Origin: Thermoanaerobaculia bacterium
Lineage (GTDB): Bacteria > Acidobacteriota > Thermoanaerobaculia > UBA5066
NCBI GenBank assembly: GCA_963719225.1
Contig: CAVRAY010000001.1
Location: 2,368,001-2,432,000, forward strand
Direction: 5' to 3'
Length of the DNA stretch: 64,000 nucleotides
The translations under genes and the position numbers were made by a program. Below, in pieces: positions 27,873-38,061 of this stretch (its first letter is position 1; each line of letters starts with the position of its first letter). Below the pieces are notes generated by a model. It made no database searches and was not told the origin of the DNA. It worked only from the letters and a program-made list of their open reading frames with translations.

Positions 27873-28918
27873 GCCCGACGCTCGCCGCCGCCGTGGAAGG
27901 CGCCGCCAAGATCGCGTTCGTCTGGGCCTGCGTCCTCGGCGCCGTTCTGCCGAATCTCATCTGGGTGGAAAGGCGCATGGCGGGATTCATCCAGGACCGC
28001 CCGGGCCCGAACCGGGTGGGCCCCTTCGGACTCTTTCAGGCCGTCGCGGACATCCTCAAGCTCCTCATGAAGGAGGATGTGGTCCCGATGTACGCGGACC
28101 GGCTCCTCCACACGCTCGCGCCGCTCATCCTCCTCGTGCCGGCGATGACGACGTTCGCCGTGATCCCGTTCGGGTCGACGATTCACCTCTTCGACCGAGA
28201 CATCTCGCTCGTGGTCGCGGACGTGAACATCGGCATCCTCTACGTCTTCGCTCTGACGTCCGTCGGCGTCTACGGGCTCGTCCTCGCGGGCTGGTCGTCG
28301 AACAACAAGTTCGCTCTTCTCGGAGGGCTTCGCTCCTCGGCGCAGGTCATCAGCTACGAGCTGGCGATGGGCATCTCGGCGATCGCGGTCTTCCTCGCCG
28401 CCGGCTCGCTGAGGCTCCAGCGGGTGGTCGAGTACCAGGCCTCGGGGACGTTCCTCGGCTTCCTGCCGCTCTGGAACTGCTTCCCGCAGGCCATCGGGTG
28501 CGTCATCTTCGTCGTGTCGGCGTTCGCGGAGACGAACCGCGTGCCGTTCGACCTGCCCGAGGCCGAGGCTGAGCTCGTCGCGGGCTATCACACCGAATAC
28601 TCGGCTTTTCGGTTCGGCATGTTCTTCATGGCGGAGTACCTGAACCTCATCGCCGCCTCGGCCATGATGGCCACGCTCTACTTCGGCGGCTGGTCCCTGC
28701 CGTTCCTCCACCTCACGGGAATCGCGGGGAGCCTCGCCTCGATCGCGGTTTTCGCCCTGAAAACGGCGTTCTTTATCTTCCTTTTCGTCTGGGTGCGCTG
28801 GACGCTTCCCCGCTTCCGCTTCGACCAGCTGATGGACCTCGGCTGGAAGGTCTTCCTGCCGCTCTCGCTGCTCAACCTCCTGTGGACGGGCGCGCTCGTC
28901 CTCTGGAGGGTCATCTGA
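27869..28918 (+). CDS. nuoH: NADH-quinone oxidoreductase subunit H
   Basis: QDRPGPNRVGP, RSSAQVISYE, ETNRVPFDLPEAE, PRFRFDQLM. Confidence 0.96.
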   Translation: MSPTLAAAVEGAAKIAFVWACVLGAVLPNLIWVERRMAGFIQDRPGPNRVGPFGLFQAVADILKLLMKEDVVPMYADRLLHTLAPLILLVPAMTTFAVIPFGSTIHLFDRDISLVVADVNIGILYVFALTSVGVYGLVLAGWSSNNKFALLGGLRSSAQVISYELAMGISAIAVFLAAGSLRLQRVVEYQASGTFLGFLPLWNCFPQAIGCVIFVVSAFAETNRVPFDLPEAEAELVAGYHTEYSAFRFGMFFMAEYLNLIAASAMMATLYFGGWSLPFLHLTGIAGSLASIAVFALKTAFFIFLFVWVRWTLPRFRFDQLMDLGWKVFLPLSLLNLLWTGALVLWRVI

Positions 28919-29442
28919 TGCCGGCCATGAGCGGGCAGCTCGTCGTCTTCTCCGTGGCGTCGTTCCTCGCGCTCGCCTTCGCGCTCCTGATGGTCGTCCA
29001 GAGGACTCCGGTGAGGAGCGTCCTGTCACTCGTCGTCACCTTCTTCGGGCTTTCGATCCTCGCCATCCTGCTCGCGGCGCCTTTCATCGCGGCGCTGCAG
29101 ATCTTCGTCTACGCGGGGGCGATCCTCGTTCTGTTCCTCTTCGTCATCATGCTGCTCAACCTGAAGGAGGAGGCGGCGGACCGGGACGACCGGCCCGTGC
29201 AGCGCACGCTCGGCCTTCTCGTCGCGCTCGCGCTCGGGGGCCTCCTCTCGGGCGCCACGCTCCGCGCGCCCACGCCGACGCGCGGGACGGCATCGACGAG
29301 CGCCATCCCATCGCTCGACGAGATCCCCGCCCTCGGGCGGCTTCTCTTCTCCGACTACCTTCTCGCCTTCGAGGCCCTGTCGCTGCTCCTCCTGGTCGCC
29401 GCGGTCGGCGCGCTGCTCCTCTCCAAGAGGAAGTTCGAATGA
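28918..29442 (+). CDS. nuoJ: NADH-quinone oxidoreductase subunit J
   Basis: QIFVYAGAILVLFLFVIMLL, FEALSLLLL. Confidence 0.94.
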   Translation: MPAMSGQLVVFSVASFLALAFALLMVVQRTPVRSVLSLVVTFFGLSILAILLAAPFIAALQIFVYAGAILVLFLFVIMLLNLKEEAADRDDRPVQRTLGLLVALALGGLLSGATLRAPTPTRGTASTSAIPSLDEIPALGRLLFSDYLLAFEALSLLLLVAAVGALLLSKRKFE

Positions 29443-29774
29443 CGGGCGTGCTTCCCGGGGTCGCCCCCATGGCCGTCCCGCCCGGCGCGTTTCTCGTCGT
29501 CGGGACGCTGCTCTTCGCGATCGGGCTCGCGGGCGCCCTCCTCAAGCGGAACGCGCTTTCGATCTTCCTCTCGATCGAGCTGATGATGAACGCCGTCAAC
29601 CTGCTCTTCCTGACGTACGCCCGGATGCGCGGCGACCTCGCGGGGCAGATGATCGTCTTCTTCGTGATCGCCGTGGCCGCCGCCGAGGCAGCCGTCGGCC
29701 TCGCGATCTTCGTCGCGCTCTTCCGCGCCCGCCGGACGGTGGACGTGGACAAGATCGCGCTTCTGAAATGGTGA
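29439..29774 (+). CDS. nuoK: NADH-quinone oxidoreductase subunit K
   Basis: SIELMMNAVNL, AAAEAAVGLA. Confidence 0.95.
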   Translation: MTGVLPGVAPMAVPPGAFLVVGTLLFAIGLAGALLKRNALSIFLSIELMMNAVNLLFLTYARMRGDLAGQMIVFFVIAVAAAEAAVGLAIFVALFRARRTVDVDKIALLKW

Positions 29775-29781
29775 GCCGCCC

Positions 29782-31785
29782 ATGAACAGCCTCTGGCTCA
29801 TCCCCGCGCTTCCGCTCGCGGGCTTCCTCCTGAACGGCCTCGTCGCGCTCGTGGCGAGCTCGACGCGCGCCGAAAAGGAAGCGGGCGCGGACCATTCGCT
29901 CTCGCCTCTCCCCTATGCGCAGCGGCTCTTTCACGGGGTTGTCGGCGTGGGTTCCGTGGGACTTGCCGCCGTGCTCTCCTTCGGCGCGCTCGTCCCATAC
30001 GTGCTCGGCTCTCTGCGCTCTCCCGAAGGCCTCGCGCCGGTCGTGCAGAAGGTCTACACGTGGATGGCGGCCGGGACCTACGCTGTCGACGTCGCATTCC
30101 GGCTCGACGCCCTCTCGGCCCTCATGCTGTCGTTCGTCACGTTCGTGGGAACGCTCATCCACGTCTACAGCGTCGGCTACATGCAGAAAGACGAGGGATA
30201 CGGGCGGTACTTCGCGTATCTGAACCTCTTCATGTTCGCGATGCTCATGCTCGTTCTCGCGGACAACCTGCCGCTGCTCTTCGTGGGCTGGGAAGGCGTG
30301 GGCCTGTGCTCGTACCTCCTGATCGGCTACTCCTACGACAAGGACTTCGCCGCGGCGGCCGGAAAGAAGGCGTTCATCGCGAACCGGGTGGGCGATTTCG
30401 GAATGATCCTCGGCATCTTCGGTGTGTTCGCCCTCTTCGGGACGGCCGATTTCTCGTTCGTGGACGCTGCGAAGCACCAGGCGCTCTCGGGCTCTGCGCC
30501 CCTCGGCGTCTATGCGGTCTGCGTCCTCCTCTTCCTGGGGGCGTGCGGAAAGAGCGCGCAGGTACCGCTCTACGTGTGGTTGCCGGACGCCATGGCGGGT
30601 CCGACGCCCGTGTCGGCTCTCATCCACGCCGCGACGATGGTGACGGCGGGCGTCTACCTCGTCGCGCGCTGCAGCGCGCTTTTCGTTCTCGCTCCCGACG
30701 CTCTGACGCTCGTCGCGTGGATCGGCGCGGGAACGGCGATCTTCGCGGCCACGATCGGCCTGGCTCAGAACGACATCAAGAAGGTCCTCGCGTACTCGAC
30801 GGTCTCGCAGCTCGGCTACATGTTCCTCGCGTGCGGCGTGGGCGCTTTTTCGGCCGGCATGTTCCACGTCTTCACGCACGCGTTCTTCAAGGCCTGCCTC
30901 TTCCTCGGGTCGGGGTCCGTCATCATGTCCATGCACCACGAGCAGGACATGCGGAAGATGGGCGGCCTCGCCGGGCGGATTCCGCAGACGTTCCGGACGA
31001 TGCTCGTCGCGACCCTCGCGATCGCCGGCATCTTCCCGCTCGCGGGCTTCTTCTCGAAGGACATGATCCTCGGTTCGGCCGCCGCCTCGGGCCACTGGGG
31101 CCTCTACGCGGTCGGACTCTTCACGGCCGGCCTGACGGCGTTCTACATGTTCCGCCTCGTCTCGATGACGTTCTTCGGAGCGGCGCGCGGTGGCAGCCAT
31201 GGTCCCGGAGAGCACGCCCACGAAAGCCCCCCGACGATGACGATCCCGCTCTGGATCCTCGCGGCGTTCTCGGTCGTCGCCGGACTCGTCGGGATTCCGG
31301 CGGCCCTCGGCGGCTCGGACCGGATCGGGCGCTTCCTCGAGGCTTCCGTCGCGCACCCCGAGATCCACGAGATGTCGCACGGGCTCGAGCTCGGTCTCAT
31401 GCTCCTTTCCCTCGGCGTCGCCGTGACGGGGCTCGCCTGGGCATGGCGCTGGTACGGCAAGGCCTCCGGGCCGGCCGAGGCCGTCTCGCCGCAGGCGCAC
31501 GCCTTCTACGAGAGGAGCGGCGTCCTCGGCCGCCTCGTGGCGAGCAAGTGGAACGTGGACGAGGGCATCGAGGCGCTCGTTCTCTCGCCGTTCCGGAAGA
31601 TCGGGACGTTCCTCTGGCGGGGGTTCGACGCGCTCTTCATCGACGGCATCGCGAACGCCTCGGCCTTCCTCGTGGAGCTCGCGGGCGATCTCCTGCGCTT
31701 CTTCACGACGGGGCACGTCCGCAACTACGCGCTCGCGTTCACGCTGGGAATCGCCGTGTTCCTCGTGTACGTGTGGGTGAGGTAG
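29782..31785 (+). CDS. nuoL: NADH-quinone oxidoreductase subunit L
   Basis: GKSAQVPLYVWLPDAMAGPTPVSALIHAATMV, DIKKVLAYST, HAFFKA. Confidence 0.96.
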   Translation: MNSLWLIPALPLAGFLLNGLVALVASSTRAEKEAGADHSLSPLPYAQRLFHGVVGVGSVGLAAVLSFGALVPYVLGSLRSPEGLAPVVQKVYTWMAAGTYAVDVAFRLDALSALMLSFVTFVGTLIHVYSVGYMQKDEGYGRYFAYLNLFMFAMLMLVLADNLPLLFVGWEGVGLCSYLLIGYSYDKDFAAAAGKKAFIANRVGDFGMILGIFGVFALFGTADFSFVDAAKHQALSGSAPLGVYAVCVLLFLGACGKSAQVPLYVWLPDAMAGPTPVSALIHAATMVTAGVYLVARCSALFVLAPDALTLVAWIGAGTAIFAATIGLAQNDIKKVLAYSTVSQLGYMFLACGVGAFSAGMFHVFTHAFFKACLFLGSGSVIMSMHHEQDMRKMGGLAGRIPQTFRTMLVATLAIAGIFPLAGFFSKDMILGSAAASGHWGLYAVGLFTAGLTAFYMFRLVSMTFFGAARGGSHGPGEHAHESPPTMTIPLWILAAFSVVAGLVGIPAALGGSDRIGRFLEASVAHPEIHEMSHGLELGLMLLSLGVAVTGLAWAWRWYGKASGPAEAVSPQAHAFYERSGVLGRLVASKWNVDEGIEALVLSPFRKIGTFLWRGFDALFIDGIANASAFLVELAGDLLRFFTTGHVRNYALAFTLGIAVFLVYVWVR

Positions 31786-31789
31786 GGCC

Positions 31790-33406
31790 ATGAGCTTCGC
31801 GACGTTCCACCCCCTCGGCGCGGACCTCCTCACGACGCTCGTCTTCCTCCCGACGCTGGGCGCTCTCGTCCTCGCGTTCTTCCCGGCTTCCTCGAAGGCC
31901 GGCGCGAAGGCCGTCGGCCTCCTGACGTCGCTCCTCACGTTCGGCGCCAGCGTCATGCTGTACCGGGGCTTCGACGCGGCGACCGCGACGCCGACCGCGT
32001 TCGCGATCGACCGCCCGTGGATTCCGCGCTTCGGGATCCGTTATCAGCTCGGCATCGACGGCCTTTCCCTCGCGCTCGTGCTCCTCACGACGGTGCTCAC
32101 GGTCTCGGTCCTCCTCGTCTCGTGCGGGCAGGAGATCGAGAAGCTCAAGGGATACGTCGCCGCGTTCCTCCTCCTCGAAACGGGAATGCTGGGAAGCCTC
32201 GTCGCCCTCGACACGCTCCTCTTCTACGTCTTCTGGGAAGTGATGCTCGTGCCGATGTACTTCATCATCGGCATCTGGGGCGGCAAGCGCCGGATCTACG
32301 CCACGATGAAGTTCTTCCTCTTCACGATGGCGGGTTCGCTCCTGATGTTCGTCGCGATCCTCTACGCGGCGAACGTCCACCTTCGGGCGACCGGTTTCCA
32401 GTCGTTCTCGCTCGCCGAGTGGACGCGCGCGGCGGCCTCCGGAGCCTGGAACCTGACCCCGGGAACCGAGGCGCTTCTCTTCGGCGCTTTCACCCTCGCC
32501 TTCCTCGTCAAGGTGCCGCTCTGGCCGCTCCACACGTGGCTTCCGGATGCCCACGTCGAGGCCCCGACGGGGGGCTCGATCATCCTCGCGGGCGTCCTCC
32601 TGAAGCTCGGCACGTACGGCCTCCTGCGCTTCGCGTATCCGCTCTTTCCGCACGCCGCGGCCCGATACGGGCCGGTTCTCGCCGTCCTCGCGCTCGTGGG
32701 CATCGTCTACGGGGCGTGGGTCGCCGCGGCGCAGAAGGACATGAAAAAGCTCGTCGCGTACTCCAGCGTGAGCCACCTCGCACTCGTCGTGCTCGGCATC
32801 GTGGCGGGCACGGGCGCCGCCCTTTCGGGCGCCGTCTTCCAGATGGTCGGCCACGGGCTCACGACCGGGCTGCTGTTCCTCCTCGTCGGCGTTCTGTACT
32901 CCCGCCGGCACACGCGCGAGATGGCCGACTTCGGAGGCATCGCGGCGCGCGTTCCCGTGACGACGGCGCTCTTCCTGATCGCCACGCTCGGCTCCATCGG
33001 ACTTCCCGGCCTGAACGGATTCATCGGGGAATTCCTGATCCTCGGAGGCGTCTTCGAGGTGAAGGTCGCGTGGGCGGCGATCGCGGCGACAGGCATGATC
33101 CTCGGCGCGATCTACCTCCTGACGCTCGTCCAGAAGGTGTTCTGGGGTCCCGAGACCGTGCCCGCGAACCGCACGCTCACGGACATCAACGGCTGGGAGC
33201 TGGCGGGCGCATTTCCTCTCATCGTCCTCATCGTCCTCCTCGGCGTGTTCCCGAGACCGCTCCTCGCGCTCGTGGACGGCAGCGTGAGGACGCTCCAGCG
33301 CGTGAGCCCCCCTGCCGCGGCGCCCGCCGCCCGCCCCGCAGACAGCGAGTCCTTCAAGCGCCTCGCGGTGCGCGAGCTGCCGGCTCCGGAGGGAGCCGCC
33401 CGATGA
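31790..33406 (+). CDS. nuoM: NADH-quinone oxidoreductase subunit M
   Basis: FYVFWE, KVPLWPLHTWLPDAHVEAPT, KKLVAYSSVSH. Confidence 0.96.
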   Translation: MSFATFHPLGADLLTTLVFLPTLGALVLAFFPASSKAGAKAVGLLTSLLTFGASVMLYRGFDAATATPTAFAIDRPWIPRFGIRYQLGIDGLSLALVLLTTVLTVSVLLVSCGQEIEKLKGYVAAFLLLETGMLGSLVALDTLLFYVFWEVMLVPMYFIIGIWGGKRRIYATMKFFLFTMAGSLLMFVAILYAANVHLRATGFQSFSLAEWTRAAASGAWNLTPGTEALLFGAFTLAFLVKVPLWPLHTWLPDAHVEAPTGGSIILAGVLLKLGTYGLLRFAYPLFPHAAARYGPVLAVLALVGIVYGAWVAAAQKDMKKLVAYSSVSHLALVVLGIVAGTGAALSGAVFQMVGHGLTTGLLFLLVGVLYSRRHTREMADFGGIAARVPVTTALFLIATLGSIGLPGLNGFIGEFLILGGVFEVKVAWAAIAATGMILGAIYLLTLVQKVFWGPETVPANRTLTDINGWELAGAFPLIVLIVLLGVFPRPLLALVDGSVRTLQRVSPPAAAPAARPADSESFKRLAVRELPAPEGAAR

Positions 33407-34863
33407 CCGGTTTTCTTCAGGTCACCGGCGCGGACCTCGCCTGTGTAGCGCCCGAGCTCGTCCTCGCTCTCTTCGCGTCGCTCATCCTTCTCCTCGACGC
33501 TTTCGCGCGGCCCCTCCGAGCGTACTTTCCCTACGTGACGCTCCTTGCGCTCGCGCTCGCGAACCTCGCCGGACGCGACGTGACGGGGACGTTCTTCGGG
33601 GGAGCCGTGGAATCCTCCGGCCTCTCGCGCTTCATCGAGCTCGCCGCGCTCGGAGCCGTTGCGCTCGCGGTGCTCGGCGGAGCGGCCGCGCTCGAGCGCG
33701 ACAAGCGCAACCAGGGAGAGTTCTACGCCCTCCTTCTCTTCTCGGCGGTCGGCCTGATCCTCATGGTGCGCGGCGTCGACCTCCTCGTCGTCTTTCTCGG
33801 CCTCGAGCTCATGTCGCTCGCGCTTTACGTCCTCGCCGCCTGGTACCAGGACGTCCCGGCCGCGACGGAAGCCGCGCTCAAGTACTTCCTCATGGGGGCC
33901 CTCGCGTCCGCGTTCCTCCTCTACGGCGTCGCGACGGTCTACGGCCGCCTGGGCACGACGCGCCTCACGAGGCTTCAGGGGATCGCCTCGGGCAATTCTC
34001 TCGTGCCGTTCGACGTCCTTCTCGCGGCGGGCCTGCTCGCGATCGTCGCGGCGCTCGCGTTCAAGATCGCCCTCGTGCCCTTTCACGGCTGGGCGCCCGA
34101 CGTCTACCAGGGCATGACGACGCCCGCCGTCACGTTCCTGTCGACCGCGCCGAAGGTCGGCGCGTTTCTCGTCCTCTTTCGAGTCCTCCACGCGCTGTTC
34201 CCGGTCTCGTTGCCGGACCCGTGGCGACCGCTCTTCTCGATCATCGCGGTGCTCTCGATCCTCTTCGGCAACATCGTGGCGCTGTCCCAGCGCGACCTCA
34301 AGCGGATGCTCGCCTACTCCGGCATCGCGCAGATGGGCTACGTGGCGATTGCCGTCGCGACGCTGACGCCGGAAGCTTTCGAGGGCGCGCTCGTTTTCCT
34401 GGCGGGGTACGTCGTCACGAACGCCGCCGCCTTCCTCGCCGTCGCGGCGCTCTCGGCGGGCGAGAAGGAGCCCCATCCCCTCGGCGACCTCGCGGGCCTC
34501 GGCCGGCGGCATCCCGTCGCGGCCTCCGCCCTGACCCTTTCGATGCTTTCCCTGGCGGGCCTGCCCCCCACGGTGGGATTCATCGGCAAGTTCCTCGTCT
34601 TCCGCGCGGCCGTCGACGCCGGTCTCGTGGGGCTCGCGTTGATCGGCGTCCTCGGAAGCCTGATCTCCGTCGGGTACTACCTCCGCGTCGTCTACGTGCT
34701 CTGGATGAAGGAGCCCGTTCGCGAGGTCTCGCTCGTGCCGGAGGACCTGCTCTCCGGAGCCGCCTTTCTCCTGACGGCGGCGCTCATGCTCGCCTGGGGC
34801 GTGTTCCCGCGCGCCCTTCTCGACGTCGCCCGCGGAGCCGCAGGCGCGTTTACGTGGAAATGA
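33403..34863 (+). CDS. nuoN: NADH-quinone oxidoreductase subunit N
   Basis: EAALKYF, FKIALVPFHGWAPDVYQG, LKRMLAYSGIA. Confidence 0.95.
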   Translation: MTGFLQVTGADLACVAPELVLALFASLILLLDAFARPLRAYFPYVTLLALALANLAGRDVTGTFFGGAVESSGLSRFIELAALGAVALAVLGGAAALERDKRNQGEFYALLLFSAVGLILMVRGVDLLVVFLGLELMSLALYVLAAWYQDVPAATEAALKYFLMGALASAFLLYGVATVYGRLGTTRLTRLQGIASGNSLVPFDVLLAAGLLAIVAALAFKIALVPFHGWAPDVYQGMTTPAVTFLSTAPKVGAFLVLFRVLHALFPVSLPDPWRPLFSIIAVLSILFGNIVALSQRDLKRMLAYSGIAQMGYVAIAVATLTPEAFEGALVFLAGYVVTNAAAFLAVAALSAGEKEPHPLGDLAGLGRRHPVAASALTLSMLSLAGLPPTVGFIGKFLVFRAAVDAGLVGLALIGVLGSLISVGYYLRVVYVLWMKEPVREVSLVPEDLLSGAAFLLTAALMLAWGVFPRALLDVARGAAGAFTWK

Positions 34864-34864
34864 C

Positions 34865-35515
34865 GTGAAGAGACCCGAGCCGCGGACCGAGCCCGTGCCC
34901 GAAGCGACGAGCCACCGCTTGTCCCTCTTGCTGCGATCGCTGCGCAGTCTCGAAGCGGCCGGTGTTCTCACGGCCTCGTCCTACGAGATCGCGGAGCGTT
35001 TTTCCCTCAACTCCGCGCAGATCCGCAAGGACCTCGCCCAGTTCGGAGAGTTCGGCGTGCGCGGCGTCGGATACCGCGTGCCCGTCCTCAAGGCGCACCT
35101 CAAGGCCCTCATGGGGCTCGAGGCCACGCACGTTCTGGGGATCGCCGGGGCCGGCAAGCTCGGCCAGGCCCTCGCCGACTCGCCGAACTTCAACGCGGAA
35201 GGCTTCCGGGTGGCCGCGCTCTTCGACGTCGACGGCCGCAAGGTCGGCGGGCGCTCGCGCGTGGGCATCCCCATTCACGACATCCAGCTGCTCGAAAGTT
35301 TCGTGAAAGAGCTGGGGATCGAGATCGGAATCCTCGCGATTCCGGCCGAAGGCGCTGTTCCGCTCGCGCAACGGATGGCCGGCGCGGGTGTCCGCGCGAT
35401 CCTGAACTTCGCGCCCGTGACGGTGCCCGCTCTTCCCGGCGTCCTCGTGAAGAACCTCGACCTCACGTTCTTTCTCGAGAACCTCTCGTTCCAGCTCGCG
35501 ATCGCCCGGAGCTAG
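34865..35515 (+). CDS. rex: Redox-sensing transcriptional repressor Rex
   Basis: SAQIRKDLAQFGEFGVRGVGY, GAGKLG, AILNFAP. Confidence 0.95.
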   Translation: MKRPEPRTEPVPEATSHRLSLLLRSLRSLEAAGVLTASSYEIAERFSLNSAQIRKDLAQFGEFGVRGVGYRVPVLKAHLKALMGLEATHVLGIAGAGKLGQALADSPNFNAEGFRVAALFDVDGRKVGGRSRVGIPIHDIQLLESFVKELGIEIGILAIPAEGAVPLAQRMAGAGVRAILNFAPVTVPALPGVLVKNLDLTFFLENLSFQLAIARS

Positions 35516-35528
35516 CGCGCAGACCGCG

Positions 35529-38036
35529 TTACTCAGCCCAAAGCACGAGCCCGGTCTCGTTCGGGTGTGACAGCAGCGCGTGCCGGGGGCGCACGCGCAC
35601 CGAGTAGCCGCGCCGGTCGTCGTCGGGGCGCTGGACCGTACCCGCCCACGTCGCGGTGCCGTCGCGGCGCTCGACGAAATCGAGCGGCGTCGAATAGCCC
35701 GCGTCGACGCCTCCGCTGCGGTCCATCTCTCCTTCGAACCAGTCGACCGCGAGGTCGTCCGGTCCGAGCTCTCCGAGACGGAGCTGGACCTCGACGCGAA
35801 AAGTATGGCCCGGCGCGACGCGGGCCGGATCGGCCGGGTCGAGCGTCACGGACGTGAACTCCACGGCGTTCCAGGCGACACGCGTCCTGGCCTTCCAGGC
35901 GGCCAGCTCCTTCGCGCCCTTGTCAGAGTCTTCGGACAGGCGACGCACGCGCGCGGCCGCGGGCGCATACGAGGTCTCGAGGTAATCGCCGAGCATGCGG
36001 TCCGACGAGAACATCCGCCCGAGGCGGGAGGCGGCCGCGGCCATGCGCTCGACCCAGCCCGCAGGCATTTGCGAACGGTCGCCGCCGGGCCGGTCGTAGA
36101 AAAGCGGAATGACCTCGCTTTCGAGCTTCTCGTAGAGCTCGCTCGCGACGTCGTCGTCCGTGCGCCCGTCCGTGTCGTCACCCATGGTGAAACCCGCCCC
36201 GTCGCGCGGAGCCTCGTCCCACCAGCCGTCGAGGACGGACAGGTTGAGGACTCCGTTCATGGCAGCCTTCATGCCCGACGTGCCCGAGGCCTCGAACGGC
36301 CGGATCGGGTTGTTCAGCCAGACATCCGAGCCCGAGACGAGGAGGCGGGCGAGACGCATGTCGTAATCGTCGAGGAGGACGACGCGGCCGAGGAATTCCG
36401 GAAGCGTCGCGAACTCCCCCACCCGCCTGAGGAACTCCTTGCCCGGATCGTCCTTGGGGTGCGCCTTTCCTGCGAAGAGGATCTGAACCGGCCGGCGCGC
36501 GTCGCCCAGGAGCCGCGCGATGCGTTCGGGATCGTGAAAGATCAGCGTCGCACGCTTGTACGTCGCGAAGCGCCGGGCGAAGCCGATCGTGAGGGCCGAC
36601 GGGTCGAGGAGATGCCACGCGCCCTCGATCTCGACGTCCGGCGCGCCCCGCCGCTGACGCGCGACCGCGGTCCGCGACCGCACGGCGTGGACGAGCGCCG
36701 CCCGGAGCCCTTCGTGACGGCGCCAGAGCTCCGCGCGGTCCGCGCCCTCCTCGCGCCGGGGGTCGAGAGCGGTGATCGCGGGCGCGGTCCACGTGTCCGG
36801 ATGGACTCCGTTCGTGACGGCGGCGATGGGAATCTCCGACAGCGGCGCCTCCGGGAAAACGCCGCGCCACAGTCGGCGCGACACGTGCGCATGTAGTTTC
36901 GAGACGCCGTTCACGTGAGTCGACAGGCGCAGCCCGAGCACGGCCATCGAGAAGAACTCGTGAGGGTCCTCGGGAACCTGTCGCCCCAGCCCGAGGAGCT
37001 CCTCGAACGAGAAGCCGTACGCCTCGACCTTTCCCGCGAAGTATTTCTTCATGAGCTCGTGCGGAAAGAGGTCGATCCCCGCGGCGACGGGCGTGTGCGT
37101 CGTGAAGACGTTTCCCGCCATCGCGATCTCGCGCGCCTCGGCGAACGACAGGCCTCTCTCGGCCCGAAGCTGGCGGATCCGTTCGAGCCCGAGAAACGCG
37201 GCATGGCCCTCGTTCGCGTGCCGCACGGTGGGCCTCAGGCCGGCGAGATCGAGCGCCCGCATGCCTCCGATGCCGAGCGCCAGCTCCTGGCGGATTCGCA
37301 TCTCCTTGTCGCCTCCGTAGAGGCGGTTCGTGATTTCGCGGTCGCTCGGCCGATTCACCGGGAGGTGCGAGTCGAGGAGCAGGAGCACCGTCCGCCCCAC
37401 GCGCACGCGGCGGACGAGGAGATGAACGTCCCGTTCGCCGACGCGGACGCTCACGATCGGCGCGACGCCCGCCGGCGTCGGAAGGATGTCGGCCGGAAGG
37501 TCGTGCGGATCGGCGATCGGGTAGGTCTCCTTCTGCCGCGCGTCCGCCGTCAGCGTCTGGCGGAAGAAGCCCTCGCGGTAGAAGAGTCCGACTCCCACGA
37601 GCGGAACCCCGATGTCGCTCCCGGACTTGAGGTGGTCGCCGGCGAGCACGCCGAGGCCGCCCGAATAGATCGGCAGGATTTCCGTGAGTCCGAACTCCGC
37701 GCAGAAATACGCGATGCGATCGCCGGACGCCGCGAGAGCCGCGGCGGTCGCGTGCCGCGGAGGCGACGCGTCTTCCGCGTCGAGAGCCCGTGCGACCGCC
37801 AGAACACGCCCGACGTACTGGTCGTCGGAGGCCAGGGCCGAAAGCCGCGCCGGATCGGTGGTCCTCAGGGTCACGACGGGGTTTCCGCCTCGCTCCCACT
37901 CCTCGGGATCGAGGTCCCGGAAGAGAGCCCGCACGTCCTCCCGCCAGGCGAAGCGAAGGTCGCGCGAGATCGCCGAGAGCGGGGCAAGCCGGTCGGGAAG
38001 CGCCGGAGCGAGCCGATAGGTACCGAGGGGTCGCAT
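35529..38036 (-). CDS. glgP: Alpha-glucan (glycogen/maltodextrin) phosphorylase
   Basis: YSGGLGVLAGDHLK, NEGH, ARRFATYKR, EASGTSGMKA, DGWW. Confidence 0.95.
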   Translation of the reverse strand: MRPLGTYRLAPALPDRLAPLSAISRDLRFAWREDVRALFRDLDPEEWERGGNPVVTLRTTDPARLSALASDDQYVGRVLAVARALDAEDASPPRHATAAALAASGDRIAYFCAEFGLTEILPIYSGGLGVLAGDHLKSGSDIGVPLVGVGLFYREGFFRQTLTADARQKETYPIADPHDLPADILPTPAGVAPIVSVRVGERDVHLLVRRVRVGRTVLLLLDSHLPVNRPSDREITNRLYGGDKEMRIRQELALGIGGMRALDLAGLRPTVRHANEGHAAFLGLERIRQLRAERGLSFAEAREIAMAGNVFTTHTPVAAGIDLFPHELMKKYFAGKVEAYGFSFEELLGLGRQVPEDPHEFFSMAVLGLRLSTHVNGVSKLHAHVSRRLWRGVFPEAPLSEIPIAAVTNGVHPDTWTAPAITALDPRREEGADRAELWRRHEGLRAALVHAVRSRTAVARQRRGAPDVEIEGAWHLLDPSALTIGFARRFATYKRATLIFHDPERIARLLGDARRPVQILFAGKAHPKDDPGKEFLRRVGEFATLPEFLGRVVLLDDYDMRLARLLVSGSDVWLNNPIRPFEASGTSGMKAAMNGVLNLSVLDGWWDEAPRDGAGFTMGDDTDGRTDDDVASELYEKLESEVIPLFYDRPGGDRSQMPAGWVERMAAAASRLGRMFSSDRMLGDYLETSYAPAAARVRRLSEDSDKGAKELAAWKARTRVAWNAVEFTSVTLDPADPARVAPGHTFRVEVQLRLGELGPDDLAVDWFEGEMDRSGGVDAGYSTPLDFVERRDGTATWAGTVQRPDDDRRGYSVRVRPRHALLSHPNETGLVLWAE

Positions 38037-38061
38037 GGGGAGGGGGGAGGATAGCCGATCG

